Below are positions 61,111 through 64,000 of a DNA stretch of 64,000 nucleotides, piece after piece. The stretch's first letter is position 1, and every line of letters begins with the position of its first letter. The position numbers were made by a program, and so were the translations under genes. The stretch is from Nitrospirales bacterium (GTDB lineage Bacteria > Nitrospirota > Nitrospiria > Nitrospirales > UBA8639): contig CBDCWC010000002.1 of NCBI GenBank assembly GCA_965223295.1, forward strand, positions 512,001 to 576,000. Direction: 5' to 3'. The notes under the pieces were generated by a model. The model was not told the origin of the DNA and did not search any database. It saw nothing but the letters and a program-made list of their open reading frames with translations.

Positions 61111-62370
61111 ATGGATCTTGCCACTGAAGTGTTAATCGTTGGAGCTGGTGGAGGAGGGGCGGTTCTTGGCATTGCCTTATCTAGAAAAGGGATTCCAAGC
61201 CTTACCTTAGAGCAAGCGGCTGGGCCTCCTCAAGGATTGCGGGGAGAAATTCTTCAACCCAATGGTCAAGCATTACTTCAAAATTTAGGATTGTTAGATG
61301 CACTCTCTCCTTCGGCCTCCAAGCCTGTCAGGTTTTTTCACTTTCGTAAAAGCGGTGGGCAGAGACTCTGTACAATCGATTATGGCATGCTGCCTGCTCC
61401 ATTTAATCGTGCTTTGGTCATGTTTCCGAATATCGTACATCGTACGATTCTTGATTGTCTGCAACAAGAAAACCCTGACGGGATCAAATTCAACGCAAGG
61501 TTTAAGTCCTTTTTTTTGGAAAAGAATAAGATTGCGGGTGTTCATGCCGAAATTGGTGGTGAACCTGTTCGTATTCGCGCTCAGGTCATTGTGGGGGCTG
61601 ATGGTCCTTTCTCGCACGTTCGAGATGCCATGGGAATTTCAGCGTCCTTGTATCGCTACAAAGAAAGTTATTTGGTCGCGGCTTTAGATTCATCGCAAGA
61701 CTTTGATGACGGACAATATTATGTTGGACAGAAAACCATTCTCAGTCTGTTCCCGGCTCCCGATAAAAAGGTCTATGCACTCTATATGGTATCTTCAGAC
61801 TCTCTTGGGCAGATGAAATCTGAAGGGGTATCGGCTCTTCGTGAAAAATGGAAAAAGATTGCTCCCGAAGTCGGCTCTCTGTTCAATTCATTGATTGATT
61901 GGACACAAACCGCGTATATGGGCACGGGACGAGTCCGGGCTAAGACATGGGTCATTGACCGTGCGGTGGTAATAGGTGATGCAGCGCATGGAATGAATCC
62001 CCATGCCTCCCAAGGTAGAATGCAGGCCATGGTGGATGCCATCACCCTTGCCGATATTCTTGAAAATTGTCATCGGAAGCAAGATTGGTCAGTGAAGTCC
62101 CTCAAACCTTTTGAAGTAGCTCGGCGCCCTCAAGTCACGATGTTACAACGGTTGGCTGATGAAGAAGTCTTTTTTTGGAATACAGGAAATCCTCTTTTAG
62201 CCAGGCTCCGGGATCGCGTATTTTGCAAAATGGATTCAAATCGGCGTTTGCAATATCAAGTTCTTTCAGCTACTGCTGGGCTGCGAGCTGCGGCCCCATT
62301 CGGATGGCTCGATCGTTTTCAAGCCGCAGGGTTCTTGCCTGATCCAAGAGCGAATCACATACCCGCATAA
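61111..62370 (+). CDS. FAD-dependent monooxygenase (UbiH-like)
   Basis: VGAGGGG, VGADG, IGDAAHGMNP..QG. Confidence 0.88.
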   Translation: MDLATEVLIVGAGGGGAVLGIALSRKGIPSLTLEQAAGPPQGLRGEILQPNGQALLQNLGLLDALSPSASKPVRFFHFRKSGGQRLCTIDYGMLPAPFNRALVMFPNIVHRTILDCLQQENPDGIKFNARFKSFFLEKNKIAGVHAEIGGEPVRIRAQVIVGADGPFSHVRDAMGISASLYRYKESYLVAALDSSQDFDDGQYYVGQKTILSLFPAPDKKVYALYMVSSDSLGQMKSEGVSALREKWKKIAPEVGSLFNSLIDWTQTAYMGTGRVRAKTWVIDRAVVIGDAAHGMNPHASQGRMQAMVDAITLADILENCHRKQDWSVKSLKPFEVARRPQVTMLQRLADEEVFFWNTGNPLLARLRDRVFCKMDSNRRLQYQVLSATAGLRAAAPFGWLDRFQAAGFLPDPRANHIPA

Positions 62371-62403
62371 TCTTCAATCACTTTTGGCTATTCATAAAGT
62401 ACC

Positions 62404-63162
62404 ATGTCCATTCCTCGTACCCTAGATCTGCCTGAAGACGTTCAGGACGTGTTGGCCCAGTATGTCTGTCAGATTACGCAAACGTGGGCATCTGATGTAA
62501 GCAGCCTCATTCTTTTTGGAAGCGTCGTACGGGGTGATTATATTGTTGGCCGTTCGAATATCAATCTTCTTCTGGTGGGAAGTAAAATATCTATTGACCA
62601 ATTACAACATGCAGCCCGGTTGCATAAAGAATGGGGGAAACATCAAATTGTCGCACCTTTACTAATGGGAAAAGACGATTTTGAGAAGACTGCTCGAGTA
62701 TTTCCGTTAGAATTCTTCCTCATGAATCAGCATCATATCGTATTGGTTGGCCAAGGCCCGTTTGGAAAAATTAACTTGGATAAAAACAAATTAAGTTGGC
62801 AATGTGAACAAGAATTAGTAGCTAATCTTTTGCGGTTACGACAGCGGTTTATTGAAGGCGAGGGTCGGATTGAGGCTATTCAGGCATTACTCATTCTTTC
62901 CATAACTGCTGTTATTCCTTGTCTTCGTGGTGTGTTGCATTGTCTAGGGCAGTCTTCACAGGAAAAAGATCTACGCATTCTTGAAGCTCTTCCAACGACA
63001 CTGCAGTTTGATTCGGCTGTTTTTGTCGAAATTTTGAATATTAAAAAAGGGCTGAGTAGCCCTGGTTCATTGGAATGGCCAAAAACTTACCAGCGATATC
63101 TCCAGTGCTTAGAAAGAGTTTTGGAAAGGGTCAGGGTGATTCGGCAAGAGGGGCATCTATGA
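62404..63162 (+). CDS. nucleotidyltransferase-fold protein with degenerate catalytic motif
   Basis: LFGSVVRGDY..SNINLLLV; FPLEF. Confidence 0.7.
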   Translation: MSIPRTLDLPEDVQDVLAQYVCQITQTWASDVSSLILFGSVVRGDYIVGRSNINLLLVGSKISIDQLQHAARLHKEWGKHQIVAPLLMGKDDFEKTARVFPLEFFLMNQHHIVLVGQGPFGKINLDKNKLSWQCEQELVANLLRLRQRFIEGEGRIEAIQALLILSITAVIPCLRGVLHCLGQSSQEKDLRILEALPTTLQFDSAVFVEILNIKKGLSSPGSLEWPKTYQRYLQCLERVLERVRVIRQEGHL

Positions 63163-63890
63163 TCTCCCTCTATCGCCTCCTGATTGTGCTGATGTTCAGT
63201 AGTATACTGCTTGTCTGTTCGAAAGCTTGGGGTGGGTCTCAGGAAAACGAACAACTTCCAACTCCACTTGGCTATGTGAGTGACTATGCCCAGGTCTTGA
63301 GTGAAGAATGGTATGCCCAAATTCGGGCTGTCTGCAAAGACTTAGAAACCAATACGGGCGTTGAAATGTTAGTGGTGACTGTCGAGACGATTCATTCATT
63401 TTCTCATGCACAAGACTATGCCAAGCGGCTGTATGAAGCCTGGCGAATAGGAACGGCTCAACAAGAACGAGGCCTCCTGTTGTTAGTTGCCATGCAGGAG
63501 TGGCAGGCTGTTGTCGTTGTTGGGAAATCGCTTATCACGGTGGTTGCTCCTCAAGTGTTAGATGATATTTCGTTAAAGTATTTACAGCCGATGTTTCATT
63601 CCGAAGAATATGGGATGAATGTGTATCGTTCGTCACTGGCCTTGGCCTCTATTGTCGGGCAAGCTCCTCTTCCAAAAGAAAAAAGTCGTCCGACCAGAAA
63701 AGCTGGTTTTTGGATGAACCTGACTGTGGTGTTTCTTATGCTGTATGCATTGTGGCGGTTTACCCGTCCTGAAAGGCAGCACCCATTTCCACGTTGGAAG
63801 CGTGGAGAATATTGGGGTATAGGGCAGGGAGGTTTTGGCGGAAATTTTGGTGGTTTTGGCGGAGGAATTGGAGGTCAGGGTCTACGTTAA
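63159..63890 (+). CDS. TPM-domain membrane protein
   Basis: GYVSDYAQVLS..LETNTGVEMLVVTV..WRIG..GLLLLVA; TM helix; Gly-rich tail; ATGA-coupled to upstream gene. Confidence 0.85.
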   Translation: MISLYRLLIVLMFSSILLVCSKAWGGSQENEQLPTPLGYVSDYAQVLSEEWYAQIRAVCKDLETNTGVEMLVVTVETIHSFSHAQDYAKRLYEAWRIGTAQQERGLLLLVAMQEWQAVVVVGKSLITVVAPQVLDDISLKYLQPMFHSEEYGMNVYRSSLALASIVGQAPLPKEKSRPTRKAGFWMNLTVVFLMLYALWRFTRPERQHPFPRWKRGEYWGIGQGGFGGNFGGFGGGIGGQGLR

Positions 63891-63960
63891 CGCTTCAGAA
63901 GTCGTGTCTTCACTAGAGCGAAGACAACGTCTCTTCTTTTCTTAGGCTAATGAAAAATAA

Positions 63961-64000
63961 GGCGGAGAGAGAAGATTTTCTATCTTCTCTCCCTCTCGCC
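63961..64000. terminator. hairpin at window end
   Basis: GGCG-GAGAGAGAAGAT..ATCTTCTCTC..CGCC; downstream context is cut off. Confidence 0.35.

Overview
Chromosomal window from a moderately AT-rich bacterium. Gene content and a characteristic ~120-190 bp intergenic repeat suggest Nitrospirales (inference). Most of it is core genome: gcvH-lpdA-comEA-tyrS, ald, mazG, ntrY/ntrX-like pair, rlmD, purM-purN, clpB, htrA, asmA, mtnA and three tRNAs (Gly-CCC, Pro-CGG, Ala-CGC). The most striking part is a nitrogen-assimilation locus (35.1-44.1 kb). A sigma70 promoter and an ANTAR-type dual-hairpin/terminator leader precede porin-glnK-amtB-glnA. Next to it is a split GlnE: a stand-alone adenylyl-removase-like gene and a GlnD-type ACT-ACT/adenylyltransferase fusion, transcribed divergently from overlapping promoters. 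A second accessory region after tRNA-Gly has two paralogous FN3 surface-protein genes, each behind a c-di-GMP-I riboswitch, one intact and one rewired or degenerate. It is followed by two candidate small RNAs/attenuators and an intact IS3 in the htpX leader. A tRNA-Ala-linked islet carries a UrtR/PecS-like MarR regulator with a triple operator. No CRISPR array, rRNA or integrase was seen. All calls come from reading the sequence by eye; no searches were run.
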